Assembly: GCA_963675595.2 (NCBI GenBank)
Contig: CAXXLZ010000002.1
Location: 4,160,001 to 4,224,000, forward strand
Length of the DNA: 64,000 nucleotides
Source of the DNA: Thermodesulfobacteriota bacterium
Lineage (GTDB): Bacteria; Desulfobacterota; Desulfarculia; JACQYL01
Direction of reading: 5' to 3'
Shown here: piece by piece, positions 29,624 through 40,339 of the stretch
How the letters are laid out: each line of letters starts with the position of its first letter
How positions within the stretch are numbered: the first letter of the stretch is position 1
Translations under genes and position numbers: made by a program
Notes under the pieces: model-generated
Told to the model about the DNA's origin: nothing
What the model saw: only the letters and a program-made list of their open reading frames with translations
Database searches by the model: none

Positions 29624-31384
29624 ATGGACGATGCGGCTCTCACATTTCATACGATCAGCAAGAATTTCGTGTCCGGTAAGCGCCGGGTCCGAGCGCTGCA
29701 TGATATCAGCCTGGACATTCGCAAGGGTCGGGTCACGGGGCTGATCGGCCCCGACGGGGCGGGCAAGACGACCCTGATTCGCCTTGCTGCGGGACTGTTG
29801 CTGCCGGACTCCGGGCAAGGTCATGTGCTGGGATTGGATATCGTTCGTGAGGCGCTGTCGATACAGGCGGCCGTCGGGTATATGCCCCAGCGGTTCGGGT
29901 TATACGAAGATATGACCGTTCAGGAAAACCTCAATCTCTATGCGGACTTGCAGGGCGTTGCCAAGGAGCGGCGTGCCGAACGTTACGAAGAGCTGATGCA
30001 CATGACCGGTCTGGCCCCGTTCGTCGGACGACAGGCCGGACGGCTGTCCGGCGGTATGAAACAGAAGCTCGGGCTGGCCTGCACGCTGGTGAATCCGCCT
30101 CGACTGCTGTTGCTCGACGAACCGACGGTAGGGGTCGACCCGGTGTCCCGACGTGAGCTCTGGCAGATTATTGATCGTTTTGTACGGGAAGAGGAAACGA
30201 CGGTGCTGCTGAGTACGGCCTACCTGGATGAGGCCGAGCGTTGTAACCAAGTGATTATTCTTCACGAAGGTAAGTTGCTGGGCCAGGGACCGCCGCGGAC
30301 TTTCAGCGATCCTCTTGCCGGCCGTACCTACAAAGTTCGAGTACCGGGCATGAAGAACCGGGATGTGCAGGAAAAGCTGACGCGCAATGCCGGGGTGGCG
30401 GATGCGGTGATCCAGGGAGATGCGGTGCGTCTGGTTCTGGAATCGGATGCACCCGCCGATTTGGAAACATTGCTGCCGGGGGTCGACGGGGCGTCGATGC
30501 AATCGGTTCCGCCACGCTTTGAAGACGGCTTTGTCACCATGCTGAGGAAACATCCGCAGGAAGGCCGCGGGTCTCTTGGGGGCGCTGATCGGGATTCCTT
30601 GAAAGCGGATGATAACGAGAAAACAACCGATTCCATGATCTCGGTGGATAACGTACAGCGGCGGTTCGGCGATTTCTATGCGGTCAAGGGGGTGACGTTC
30701 GATGTGCAACGAGGTGAAGTGTTTGGTTTGCTGGGCGCCAACGGCGCAGGCAAAACAACCACCTTTCGCATGCTTTGCGGACTGCTGCCTGCTAGTGCCG
30801 GCAGCCTGTACGTGGCCGGAGTGGACGTACGACGTACGGCCGCAACCGCACGCTCGCGCATCGGTTATATGTCCCAGAAATTCTCGCTTTACGGGAATCT
30901 CAGTGTCGGTCAAAATCTAAATTTTTTCAGCAGCGCCTACGGCTTGAAAGGTGGCAGGCGTCTCTCCAGAATTCAATGGGCGATAGAGCAGTTTGATCTC
31001 GGCGATTTGGTGGAAGCAACCAGCGGAATACTGTCGTTGGGATATAAGCAGCGTTTGGCGCTGGCCTGCGCGCTGATGCATGAGCCCGACATCCTATTCC
31101 TGGACGAACCGACCTCCGGGGTGGATCCACTCGCACGGCGCGAGTTTTGGCAACGTATCAATGCGCTTGCCTCGCAAAACGTGACGGTGCTGGTAACGAC
31201 TCATTTCATGGAGGAAGCCGAATACTGTGACCGGCTGGCGATCATGGTGTCCGGTGAGATACTTGCATTGGGTAATCCGATGGATATCAAGCGGGAGGCA
31301 CGTACCGAAGAGAATCGTGAACCCACCATGGAAGATGCCTTTATCCATGTTCTTCAATCGCACGAAACGGAAGAAATTACATGA
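29624..31384 (+). CDS. ABC ATPase with two nucleotide-binding domains (YbhF-like)
   Basis: GPDGAGKTT/LSGGMKQK/DEPT and GANGAGKTT/LSLGYKQR/DEPT. Confidence 0.92.
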   Translation: MDDAALTFHTISKNFVSGKRRVRALHDISLDIRKGRVTGLIGPDGAGKTTLIRLAAGLLLPDSGQGHVLGLDIVREALSIQAAVGYMPQRFGLYEDMTVQENLNLYADLQGVAKERRAERYEELMHMTGLAPFVGRQAGRLSGGMKQKLGLACTLVNPPRLLLLDEPTVGVDPVSRRELWQIIDRFVREEETTVLLSTAYLDEAERCNQVIILHEGKLLGQGPPRTFSDPLAGRTYKVRVPGMKNRDVQEKLTRNAGVADAVIQGDAVRLVLESDAPADLETLLPGVDGASMQSVPPRFEDGFVTMLRKHPQEGRGSLGGADRDSLKADDNEKTTDSMISVDNVQRRFGDFYAVKGVTFDVQRGEVFGLLGANGAGKTTTFRMLCGLLPASAGSLYVAGVDVRRTAATARSRIGYMSQKFSLYGNLSVGQNLNFFSSAYGLKGGRRLSRIQWAIEQFDLGDLVEATSGILSLGYKQRLALACALMHEPDILFLDEPTSGVDPLARREFWQRINALASQNVTVLVTTHFMEEAEYCDRLAIMVSGEILALGNPMDIKREARTEENREPTMEDAFIHVLQSHETEEIT

Positions 31385-32535
31385 CCGCGGATACCTCCAC
31401 AATCCCGCCGCGGAGAGGCCGCGCCTTCATGCGTTTGCGCGGTCTGATGCGGAAAGAGTTTCTGCAGGTTCTCAGAGATCCGAGCAGCCTGGGTATTGCC
31501 TTTGTGCTGCCCGTGATTTTGCTGCTGTTGTTCGGATACGGGGTGTCGTTGGATGCGAAGCATGTGCCGATCGCATTGGTTGTGGACAAGCCCTCGGCGG
31601 CGACGTCCGGTCTTTGCGGTGCATTTGAACAATCGCCCTATTTCGAGCCGTTCCGCGTGCATGGGATGCATGAGGCACTTCAGGGATTGGCGGAGCACCG
31701 TTTCGACGCAATCGTCTATATGCGTGAGGACTTTACCAGGAAGATGTGGTCCCCTGCGCACGCTTCGATTCAGCTCATCCTCAATGGTGTCGACGCCAAC
31801 ACCGCACGCATTATTTCGGGCTATGTGGAGGGTGTATACGGTAATTGGCTCGAAGATTCGGCCGGGGAAAGCGGGCGAGCGGCGAGTATTCCGGTGCGGA
31901 TCGAACAGCGTGTCTGGTTCAACAGCGATCTGCGCAGCCGCAATTTTCTGGTGCCCGGGCTCATTGCCGTAATCATGACGTTGATCGGCGCCCTGCTGAC
32001 CGCTTTGTTGATGGCCAGGGAGTGGGAACGAGGCACCATGGAAGCCTTGATGGTCACTCCGGTCACCATCCGTGAGATTCTGGCCGGAAAAATCGTGCCG
32101 TATTTCATCTTGGGCATGGGCGGTATGGCCTTGTCGGTTATCATGGCCGTCCAGTTGTTTCATGTTCCGCTGCGCGGTTCGATCTGGGTCCTGTTGATGG
32201 GAGCTTCGCTGTTCTTGATCACCGCTCTCGGAATGGGGCTGTTGATTTCGACGGTAACCAGGAACCAGTTTGTTGCCGGACAGGTCGCCATTATCACCAC
32301 TTTCCTGCCGGCGTTTATTCTGTCCGGGTTTATTTTCGATATCGGCAGCATGCCTCTTGTCATCCGGGCCATAACCCATGTCATCCCCGCTCGGTACTTC
32401 GTCGCGATTTTGCAGACCGTGTTCCTGGCTGGAGACGTTTGGCCGGTCATTTTGCCCAACGCCTTGGCCTTAGCGGTCATGGCGACGGTGTTTATCGGTC
32501 TGACTCGGAAAAAGACCTACAAACGCCTGGATTAG
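31381..32535 (+). CDS. ABC-2 permease (YbhS-like)
   Basis: KEFLQVLRDP, AREWERGTMEAL, LSGFIFDI. Confidence 0.9.
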   Translation: MTADTSTIPPRRGRAFMRLRGLMRKEFLQVLRDPSSLGIAFVLPVILLLLFGYGVSLDAKHVPIALVVDKPSAATSGLCGAFEQSPYFEPFRVHGMHEALQGLAEHRFDAIVYMREDFTRKMWSPAHASIQLILNGVDANTARIISGYVEGVYGNWLEDSAGESGRAASIPVRIEQRVWFNSDLRSRNFLVPGLIAVIMTLIGALLTALLMAREWERGTMEALMVTPVTIREILAGKIVPYFILGMGGMALSVIMAVQLFHVPLRGSIWVLLMGASLFLITALGMGLLISTVTRNQFVAGQVAIITTFLPAFILSGFIFDIGSMPLVIRAITHVIPARYFVAILQTVFLAGDVWPVILPNALALAVMATVFIGLTRKKTYKRLD

Positions 32536-32544
32536 GAGGCGTCC

Positions 32545-33654
32545 GTGATAGCGCGTATCCTGGCTCTGGTTCTCAAGGAGTTCTTGGCCTTGTTCAAGGA
32601 CCCCAAAAGCCGCTTCATCATCATTGGGCCGCCGGTGGTTCAGCTCCTTGTATTCGGCTACGCCGCCACCTTTGATTTGGCGAACGTTCCGTTCGCGGTC
32701 TACAACGAATGTCCCGGAGAAGAATCTCAGGACCTGCTGGCGCGATTTCGCGGATCACCCAACTTCCACGAGGCGGCATCAATCACCCACGACGAGCAGA
32801 TCGCGCCGCTGATCGCCGACAAAGAAGTACTGCTGGTCGTGCACATCGGGCCGCAGTTCGGCAGGGACCTTTTGACCAAAGGAACGGCGGCGGTGCAAAT
32901 CATCCTCGACGGCCGCGATTCCAATACGGCCATGCTGGCGATGGGCTATGCACGGAAGATGGTCGAAGGATTCAACGTACAGTGGGTCCGAGAACGTGGA
33001 ATGACCGGGTTGCCCGCAAGGATTACGGAACGCTCGTGGTTCAACCCAAACCTGGTCAGCCGCTGGTTCATCGTTCCGGGAATCGTGGGATTACTGACTC
33101 TGGTGGTGACCTTGCTGGTCACGGCTCTTTCGGTGGCGCGCGAACGGGAACAAGGGACGTTCGATCAATTGCTGGTTACGCCCTATCGACCTTGGGAAAT
33201 TCTCATCGGCAAGGCGATTCCGGGCTTTATCATCGGGACCTTCGAAGCAACGCTGATCATACTGGTAGCGGTCTTGTGGTTTCAGATTCCTTTGCTGGGA
33301 AGTCTTCCGACGCTGTATGTCGGAATTTTCCTGTTCCTGCTTTCGGCCATCGGCGTGGGACTGATGATTTCGTCGCTCTCGGTAACCCAACAGCAGGGGT
33401 TGCTGGGGGCTTTTATGTTCCTCGTCCCGGCCATCATCCTTTCCGGATTCGCCACCCCCATCCTCAACATGCCTCCCATCGTTCAGAAACTGACGCTGAT
33501 CAACCCCATGCGCTATTTCATGGTGATCGTACGGGGCGTCTTTCTCGAAGGCACACCGTTTCAACTGCTCATAGGCCAGTTTTGGCCGCTCGCGCTGATC
33601 GGAATGGTAACCCTTAGTATCGCATCCCTGCTGTTCCGTCGCCGCATGTATTGA
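32545..33654 (+). CDS. ABC-2 permease (YbhR-like)
   Basis: KEFLALFKDP, AREREQGTFDQLLVTP, LSGFATPI. Confidence 0.9.
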   Translation: MIARILALVLKEFLALFKDPKSRFIIIGPPVVQLLVFGYAATFDLANVPFAVYNECPGEESQDLLARFRGSPNFHEAASITHDEQIAPLIADKEVLLVVHIGPQFGRDLLTKGTAAVQIILDGRDSNTAMLAMGYARKMVEGFNVQWVRERGMTGLPARITERSWFNPNLVSRWFIVPGIVGLLTLVVTLLVTALSVAREREQGTFDQLLVTPYRPWEILIGKAIPGFIIGTFEATLIILVAVLWFQIPLLGSLPTLYVGIFLFLLSAIGVGLMISSLSVTQQQGLLGAFMFLVPAIILSGFATPILNMPPIVQKLTLINPMRYFMVIVRGVFLEGTPFQLLIGQFWPLALIGMVTLSIASLLFRRRMY

Positions 33655-34189
33655 AAACACGAGTCCCGCATCCGAGAACCGTTGGCATCGCTCCTCCGGT
33701 TCCGGACGTCACGTCCATTTTCGGAATCGAGTTGAGAAGCCCTCTTGAAAGACTCCGGCTCACCACGGCCGGGTGCCCTGTTCATGGACTCCCTGATCCC
33801 GCTTGCGGTCTTTCGTTCCTCCGAGCTCCATGAAGATCACATCCGACTCCGGCCGCAGCCGCGGAATTGTGGTAAATCGGGAGATGATTCCCGACTGCCG
33901 GTCACGTTTGTTGTCGGAAATGCGACAACGGGGTGCATTTTGTGTTAAACTAAATATATCGAATTTTCTGCATTATCGGACATTCTCTACAAGAACCTTG
34001 TGAGACGAGGAGTCTTTCAAGCCGGTTCTTACTGAGATCTCTATCTATTTCACGAGACGGCGGTGAGCGATGTCCATTCCTGCCTTTCCCGAAAGCAACC
34101 TGCTGCGAAGAACCGAAGTCAACCCATCGAGGGGCGAGCTTCCACCCAAGGCGTGTCCGTCGCCTTGAAGTTCGCTGAGGACACCGAAG

Positions 34190-37066
34190 ATGACAAGACC
34201 TCGAATACTTGTCGTTGAGGCCGGAATTCAGGCGGAAAAAGAACTGAACAGCATTCTGCGCGGCCTGGGGTATCCCATCACCTCTGTTGTGCATTCCGGA
34301 CGAGAAGCGATACGGAGGATTCCGGAGGAGAAACCGGACCTCGTCATCGTGGACACGGTTCCAAACGGAGAGTCCGACGGTGTGACGGTCGCTGAAGAGA
34401 TCCGATCCGTCACGGGGACTCCCGCTGTTTTCAGCGTGGATCGAGAGGCCGAACGGGAAATTCGTGGATTGAGAGCGGTTCCGCCTTTCGGCTATGTGCT
34501 CAAGCCTTGTAGTGAGCGTGAACTGGAAGTGGTTGTTGAATGTGCGCTCCACCACTCCCGGGTGTCGACCGAAAGGAAACGGGAAGCGGACCTCCTTCGT
34601 CGTCGCGAAGAATTTCTGGACGCCTTGCATGATACGTATCTCGGCATGCTGAAACGTTTAAGTCCGGATGATTTGCTCAAGTCCATCGTTGTGCGCGCAT
34701 GTGCCTTGTTGGGATGTGATCATGGATACATTTACCTCTATGATCCCGAGACGGGCGCTCTGGAGATCAAGGCCGCTTCCAATCCACTGGATGGGATTTC
34801 ATTGGGCGGAATCAAGCCCGGACACGGCCTTGCGGGAAAGGTGTTCGAGACCGGCACTCCCCTATGCGTCGACAACTACGTCGATTGGGAGGAGCGCCTC
34901 CCGGATGTGGCGTATGATCGGATGCGCGCGATAGTGGGTGCGCCCCTTAAATCGGAGGCCAACGTACATGGTGTGATCACGGTGGCGCATTGCCGGGAAG
35001 GAGTGTGCTTCGGGCGGGAGGAAATCGACCTGCTAAGTCGATTTGCCGAACTCGCGGCGGTCACCCTGGAACATGCCCTGCTTTACGAAACGCTCGGACG
35101 CGAACTGGAAGAAAGAACACGAGCCGAGGAAGCCTTGGCGGAGAGCGAAGCGAAATACAGGCTTCTTGTGGAAGGCTCGGGGGATGTGGTCTATGCCCTG
35201 GGTCCGGATTATCGTTTTACTTATTTAAGCCCCGTGGTCGAGCGCTTGACGGGCTACACACCGGAAGAAATAAAAAACCTCGACATGGATGAGTTTTTCA
35301 CCCCGGACTCCGCGGATATTCTTCGAAAAGCCTATCGACGAAGAATTCGAGACGAAAAGGTCGGAATCCGCAAAGACGATGTGGAACGCTGGGAGTTGGA
35401 GCACAAACATAAGAACGGCCACACGATTTGGGGCGAGGTGAGCGTCAAACCCGTCAGGCACTCGAATGGGCGATTCGCCGGACTCCAGGGTGTTACACGC
35501 GACATCACCGCGCGGAAAAAAGCGGAAACGGCGCTTCGGGAAAGCGAAGAGAAGTACCGCTTGGTCGCCTACGCAACGGCGGACATTATCTTCGAATTTT
35601 ATTTCAGTGACGGCTTGTACGCCCATATTTCTCCCAATTGCCGAGAAATATTGGGATATACGGACGAAGAACTGTCGAGTGCGAGTTGGTTCGTCAGGGA
35701 CCGCATGGTCCCGCCGGAAGATCTTCCGGAGCTCAAGAAGATTTACGCGGCCGGCCTCAAAGGGCCCAGAGATCATATTGTGTATGAGTTCAGGGTGAGG
35801 TGCAAAGACGGGAGAATTAAATATCTCCAGGAGAGCTCCATCTTCATCAGACATGCCGACGGCAGGGTGGCCGGGATGATCGGTTCCTACAAAGACATCA
35901 CCGATAAGAAGCGCATGGAGACTCAACTGCGTCAAGCTCAGAAGATGGAGGCCATCGGCACCTTGGCGGGCGGCATCGCTCACGATTTCAACAACATCCT
36001 CGGAGCCATTCTGGGTTTTACAGAATTGGCCATGATGGACCTTTCCGCAGATCATCCCGCCCGGGACAAGCTCGTTCAGGTGGAAAGATCGGGAAATCGC
36101 GCGAAAAGCCTTGTGCAACAGATTCTGAGTTTCAGTAGACGGACCGATCAGGAGAGGAAACCGCTGCACCTCGGCCCCATTCTCAAGGAATCTCTGAAGC
36201 TGTTACGAGCGTCGCTTCCCAGCACGATTGAAATTCGACAACAGTTGGATACGAATGCCGGCATGGTCATGGCGGATTCCACTCAGATTCATCAACTGAT
36301 CATGAATCTGTGCACCAATGCGGCTCATGCCATGCAAAAGGGAGGGGGCACGCTGGAAGCCCGGCTTGATCGGGTAATCCTGGATGAGGAGGCGGCGAGA
36401 CAATATGCGGAGTTGGGTCCCGGCAGATATCGTCGTATAAGCATCAGCGATACGGGCACGGGGATGGATATGGAGACCATGGACCGGGTCTTCGAGCCGT
36501 TCTTCACCACCAAGCGAGCCGGCGAGGGCACGGGCATGGGACTGGCCGTGGTACACGGCATTGTGAAAAGCCACGACGGCGCTATTACGGTCTATAGCGA
36601 ACCCGGAAGGGGCTCCACGTTTCGGGTTTATCTACCGGAAATCCTGGATGAGGCTGAAGATGAACCGTCGCCAAATATCGGGATTCTCCCTACGGGTTGG
36701 GAGCGCATCCTATTGGTGGACGACGAGGAAAACCTCGTGACCGTGGGTGGAAGGATTCTGGAGCGGTTGGGGTACCGTGTGACCGGTCTGACGTCCGCCG
36801 TGGACGCTTTGAAGCTGTTCAGGGAGGTGCCGGACAAATTCGATTTGGTGATCACGGATCAAACCATGCCGTACATGACCGGCATCCGTCTGGCGGAGGA
36901 GTTGATGAGAATCCGACCCGAGATTCCGATCATACTCTGCACGGGATTCAGCCACGAAACCACGGCGGAAGAAGCGTTGGCACTCGGAATCAAACGGTTC
37001 CTGATGAAACCGATGAATGCGGGTGAAATAGGCCGTACCGTCCGAGAGGTGCTCGACAACGGGTGA
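34190..37066 (+). CDS. Hybrid sensor histidine kinase (degenerate REC-GAF-PAS-PAS-HisKA-HATPase-REC)
   Basis: AHDFNNIL H-box, NLCTNA, DTGTG, FFTTK, GTGMGL; C-terminal LLVDDE/DQTMP receiver. Confidence 0.93.
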   Translation: MTRPRILVVEAGIQAEKELNSILRGLGYPITSVVHSGREAIRRIPEEKPDLVIVDTVPNGESDGVTVAEEIRSVTGTPAVFSVDREAEREIRGLRAVPPFGYVLKPCSERELEVVVECALHHSRVSTERKREADLLRRREEFLDALHDTYLGMLKRLSPDDLLKSIVVRACALLGCDHGYIYLYDPETGALEIKAASNPLDGISLGGIKPGHGLAGKVFETGTPLCVDNYVDWEERLPDVAYDRMRAIVGAPLKSEANVHGVITVAHCREGVCFGREEIDLLSRFAELAAVTLEHALLYETLGRELEERTRAEEALAESEAKYRLLVEGSGDVVYALGPDYRFTYLSPVVERLTGYTPEEIKNLDMDEFFTPDSADILRKAYRRRIRDEKVGIRKDDVERWELEHKHKNGHTIWGEVSVKPVRHSNGRFAGLQGVTRDITARKKAETALRESEEKYRLVAYATADIIFEFYFSDGLYAHISPNCREILGYTDEELSSASWFVRDRMVPPEDLPELKKIYAAGLKGPRDHIVYEFRVRCKDGRIKYLQESSIFIRHADGRVAGMIGSYKDITDKKRMETQLRQAQKMEAIGTLAGGIAHDFNNILGAILGFTELAMMDLSADHPARDKLVQVERSGNRAKSLVQQILSFSRRTDQERKPLHLGPILKESLKLLRASLPSTIEIRQQLDTNAGMVMADSTQIHQLIMNLCTNAAHAMQKGGGTLEARLDRVILDEEAARQYAELGPGRYRRISISDTGTGMDMETMDRVFEPFFTTKRAGEGTGMGLAVVHGIVKSHDGAITVYSEPGRGSTFRVYLPEILDEAEDEPSPNIGILPTGWERILLVDDEENLVTVGGRILERLGYRVTGLTSAVDALKLFREVPDKFDLVITDQTMPYMTGIRLAEELMRIRPEIPIILCTGFSHETTAEEALALGIKRFLMKPMNAGEIGRTVREVLDNG

Positions 37067-37098
37067 GTGGTCATGGACGCCCGACGGGTATCTATTCA

Positions 37099-37293
37099 CA
37101 GGGTAGACGGGGAAACCTTTTAAAAAAGGTTTCCCCGGACCCCATCCAAAACCTCTCGAGCGGGTTGCTCGCTTCCGCGTCGCAACCGGGGTGAGGGGCG
37201 CTCAGGAGACCGATTGCCGGCCACATCAGGAATGGAGCCCTCGACAAGGGCGCCCCAGTCCGCAAATCTACTCACCGCATGGAGCCTCTCCGC
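37099..37293 (+). repeat. Intergenic repeat family A, copy 3
   Basis: GGGGAAACCTTTT.AAAAAGGTTTCCCC then GAGCGGGTTGCTCGC..CGCGTCGCAACCG as at 26023-26118, then ATGGAGCCTCTCCGC. Confidence 0.75.
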
Positions 37294-37446
37294 ACGGCTC
37301 CGGTACCCTATCGGCTTGGCCCATCAGCCTGCTGCAAGAGTCCGGTTGCCTCGGGCCGGAAAGAGACCCGGACAGGCAAGGCGGGCGAACCCGGAGAAGT
37401 GAGTCTCCTGTTGCGTATGCCGCGGATTGCGTTCTTCACCGGCTTG

Positions 37447-38151
37447 CTAAACCTGTAGCTTTCCACAGAGGTCTTCGAAGTCCGCGGCCTCGATATCAAA
37501 ACGGGTTTCGACCGTCGGGCCGAAACCTTCACCCACGTTATCCTCTTCCGGAACCTTCACGTAAGCCGTGCGCATTCCGGCCGTCCGGGCCGCCGCCAGG
37601 TCCCCTTCATGAGCGGCCGCCATCATGGCTTCTTCCGGCTTCAATCCCAGGAGGCGAACGGCTTTCAGGTAGGCCTGCAAGGAAGGTTTGTAGTAACCCA
37701 GGAACTCACACGACAGAATGCCGTCCCACTGCACACCGGCCCTTTTTGAACTGCCGACGATGCTTTCCCAGCTCAAGATGGTGAGCACCACCACGGTGAA
37801 TTTGGACCGTAGGCGGTTGATCGCTTTTGCGGCGCCGGAAAAGGCTTCCAGGTGATGCCAGGTGGATCTCACGAGGGAAGGTCGATCGATCGCGGCCAGG
37901 AGGGGATAGGTTTCCGACAGGTTTTCCAGGGCCCGCAGGTGCATATCGTCCGCATTCATCCAGGGCAGATTGCCCTGTCTGACCTGGGCGTGAACTTTGA
38001 ACATTTCGCCTCGCCAGTCGTTGGCGAAGGCTTCCCCGTCGATGGTTCGGCCATGCTTCTCGGCCAATTCGCCAATTCTCCGCCGGGCCGTATTCTTCCA
38101 ATCGAACACGGTTCCGCCCACATCGAAAAACAGCCCTTTCACATTGTCCAT
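37447..38151 (-). CDS. HAD hydrolase, haloacid dehalogenase type II-like
   Basis: FDVGGTVFDW, YYKP, AAHEGDLAAARTAGM. Confidence 0.85.
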   Translation of the reverse strand: MDNVKGLFFDVGGTVFDWKNTARRRIGELAEKHGRTIDGEAFANDWRGEMFKVHAQVRQGNLPWMNADDMHLRALENLSETYPLLAAIDRPSLVRSTWHHLEAFSGAAKAINRLRSKFTVVVLTILSWESIVGSSKRAGVQWDGILSCEFLGYYKPSLQAYLKAVRLLGLKPEEAMMAAAHEGDLAAARTAGMRTAYVKVPEEDNVGEGFGPTVETRFDIEAADFEDLCGKLQV

Positions 38152-38382
38152 AAGTCCTCCCTGTTTTTGTCTGTGTCGACCTTTCGTTGCCATTCGTTTC
38201 GTTGATCGGCTTTTTCACCGTTCGAATTCACGAAGCGGCCGGGGAGTTCAACGCGAAGGCCGGTGAGTTCCGTGCAACAGGAGTTTGAAACGAATCGGCT
38301 GCAACCGGCGAAGATCGCCCGCTCATGAAAAGGGCTGGGGGGAATATCCCGAATAATCATTTATGGGGGGAAATCGTCTATT

Positions 38383-38407
38383 GTAGGGGCAGGCCATAGT
38401 GGCTGCC
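38383..38407 (+). repeat. Single GTAG-type REP-like palindrome
   Basis: GTAGG followed by GGCAGGCCA-TAG-TGGCTGCC hairpin. Confidence 0.45.
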
Positions 38408-38567
38408 AAAAAAGGCGGCCGAAGGCCCACCTTCTCCGCCGTGCCCCCCGTGCCGGCGGTCTTCCGGTGACCCTGTGTATAAGAACGAACTCAAAGATCG
38501 TCTCTGCGTTGAAGCATCTGAAGTTCACGTCGAGAGGAGGGCCTCAAAGTCCATGATTGACCTTCCA

Positions 38568-40208
38568 TCAACTCAATTCGGCCGGATCGAAAATTGCCGG
38601 TTTCGTGTCAAGGCTCATTCCCGCATCGGTCTTGCGCAGGATGATATTCTTCAGCCATGCTCGGTTGTCTTCCTCCGGATAATCGGTGCGGAAGTGGGAG
38701 CCTCGGCTTTCGGTGCGTTCCAAGGCGGCTCGACAAACCAACTCGGCCACACACCGCATGTTCCGATACTCCGAGAGTCTGATCAGTTCGGCGGGGCTTG
38801 ACACGGCGATTTGGGGGCAAGGTTCGCGAAGGGTTTGCAGCGCACCTTCCAGTCCACCTTCTTCCCGTATCACGCCGACCTTGTCCGACATGAGTCGTTT
38901 CAACCTGAGGATCAAATCTTTCGCTTTCAAGCCTTCATTGGAGCGGATTCCCGCCAGGCGGGATCGTTCTGCTTGAAAAGCGTCCTCGGACGCGGAAACG
39001 GGCCCGTGTTCCGAGGCATGCCGGGCCGCCGATTCCCCGACCAGGGACCCCAAAGTGAAGATTTCGGCCAAGGCGTTGCCTCCCAAACGGTTGGCCCCAT
39101 GGGCGCCGCCGGCCGCCTCCCCCACCGCGAACAGGCCATCAACACAGGTCTCGCCATAGGGGCCCACGACAATGCCGCCCATGCAGAAGTGAGCGGTGGG
39201 AGCCACTCTGAGAACCTTGTCTCCTTTCCACCAACCGGCCGGCAGAATGGACGACATCTGCCGGGCCGCTTCCTCGGCGAGGCCCCTCGTATCCATGAAC
39301 ACCCCTCCGTCGGAAGAATTCTCCCGTGCCGTCTCTTGGGCGATGATTCGTGACAGACGGTCCCGGGTCACATCTCCGGCGGCCACGCCGTGTCGCTTAA
39401 GAACGTCTTCGCCGCGACCGTTGCGCAAGACCACGCCGGGTCGCACCAAAATGTTTTCATAAAGGACCAGCCTGCTTCCTCGTTTGCCCGCGGCCGTGGG
39501 GTAGAATTGGACGAATTCCATGTCCCTCACCGGGACGCCGGCTTCATAGGCCAGGGCTTGGCCGTCGCCCGTGATGCCGGGCACGTTGTTGGTATTCAGG
39601 TAGATTTGGGCGTAGCCGCCCGTGGCCAGTATGACCGCTTTGGCGTGTATGGAGAGAAACCGACCTTCGTCGGTGATCCCGGCGGCTCCGAGGATGCGGC
39701 CGTCGGCCGTCATGAGCCGGGTCACGAAGACCCGCTCCAGAAAGCGGACGCCCACCTGTTCCGCACGCCGTTTGAGAGGGCGCACGAGGTCGCCGCCCGT
39801 CCGGTTGATTCCGCAAACGTGTCGCGCATACCGATGGCCCGGAGTCTTCATGACCCGCAGGGCCCCCACATGCATGTCGAAATGTACGCCACAATCTTTC
39901 AGAAAAGCGATTTCGTCATGCGAGCGTTCGGCGATTCGGGCGGCCATGGCTTGGTCGTTCAGAAAACACCCGCCTTCCACCGTGTCCGCAAGATGGACGT
40001 CTTTGCCGTCATCCGGAGTCCCCCATCCGGTGGAAGCGATGATGGACTTGGAAATGTAGGTGTTGGAAGCGGAGCCTATTTTCGATTTGGACACAAGGAG
40101 CACGTCGGAGTTGTTGGCTTTGGCGGCAACGGCCGACCTTAGACCCGCTCCGCCGCCTCCGACAACCAGCACGTCGCAGGAAAGCGTTTCTTGACTTGTC
40201 ATAGGCAT
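38568..40208 (-). CDS. SdhA/FrdA/NadB-family flavoprotein (orphan)
   Basis: DVLVVGGGGAG, LATGG, TGDG, AHFCMGG, HGANRLGGNAL, RTESRGSHFR. Confidence 0.88.
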   Translation of the reverse strand: MPMTSQETLSCDVLVVGGGGAGLRSAVAAKANNSDVLLVSKSKIGSASNTYISKSIIASTGWGTPDDGKDVHLADTVEGGCFLNDQAMAARIAERSHDEIAFLKDCGVHFDMHVGALRVMKTPGHRYARHVCGINRTGGDLVRPLKRRAEQVGVRFLERVFVTRLMTADGRILGAAGITDEGRFLSIHAKAVILATGGYAQIYLNTNNVPGITGDGQALAYEAGVPVRDMEFVQFYPTAAGKRGSRLVLYENILVRPGVVLRNGRGEDVLKRHGVAAGDVTRDRLSRIIAQETARENSSDGGVFMDTRGLAEEAARQMSSILPAGWWKGDKVLRVAPTAHFCMGGIVVGPYGETCVDGLFAVGEAAGGAHGANRLGGNALAEIFTLGSLVGESAARHASEHGPVSASEDAFQAERSRLAGIRSNEGLKAKDLILRLKRLMSDKVGVIREEGGLEGALQTLREPCPQIAVSSPAELIRLSEYRNMRCVAELVCRAALERTESRGSHFRTDYPEEDNRAWLKNIILRKTDAGMSLDTKPAIFDPAELS

Positions 40209-40339
40209 GGTATGATCCTTCTTGGGATGGCGCTATCCAGTATAATCTGATGGCGGGGCAAAATAAGTTTTTTCTTTGGTTTGTTTGGGGCAAACATCCT
40301 CTTAATACGGAGACGAGGGTAATTTCAAGATGCGCCAAA

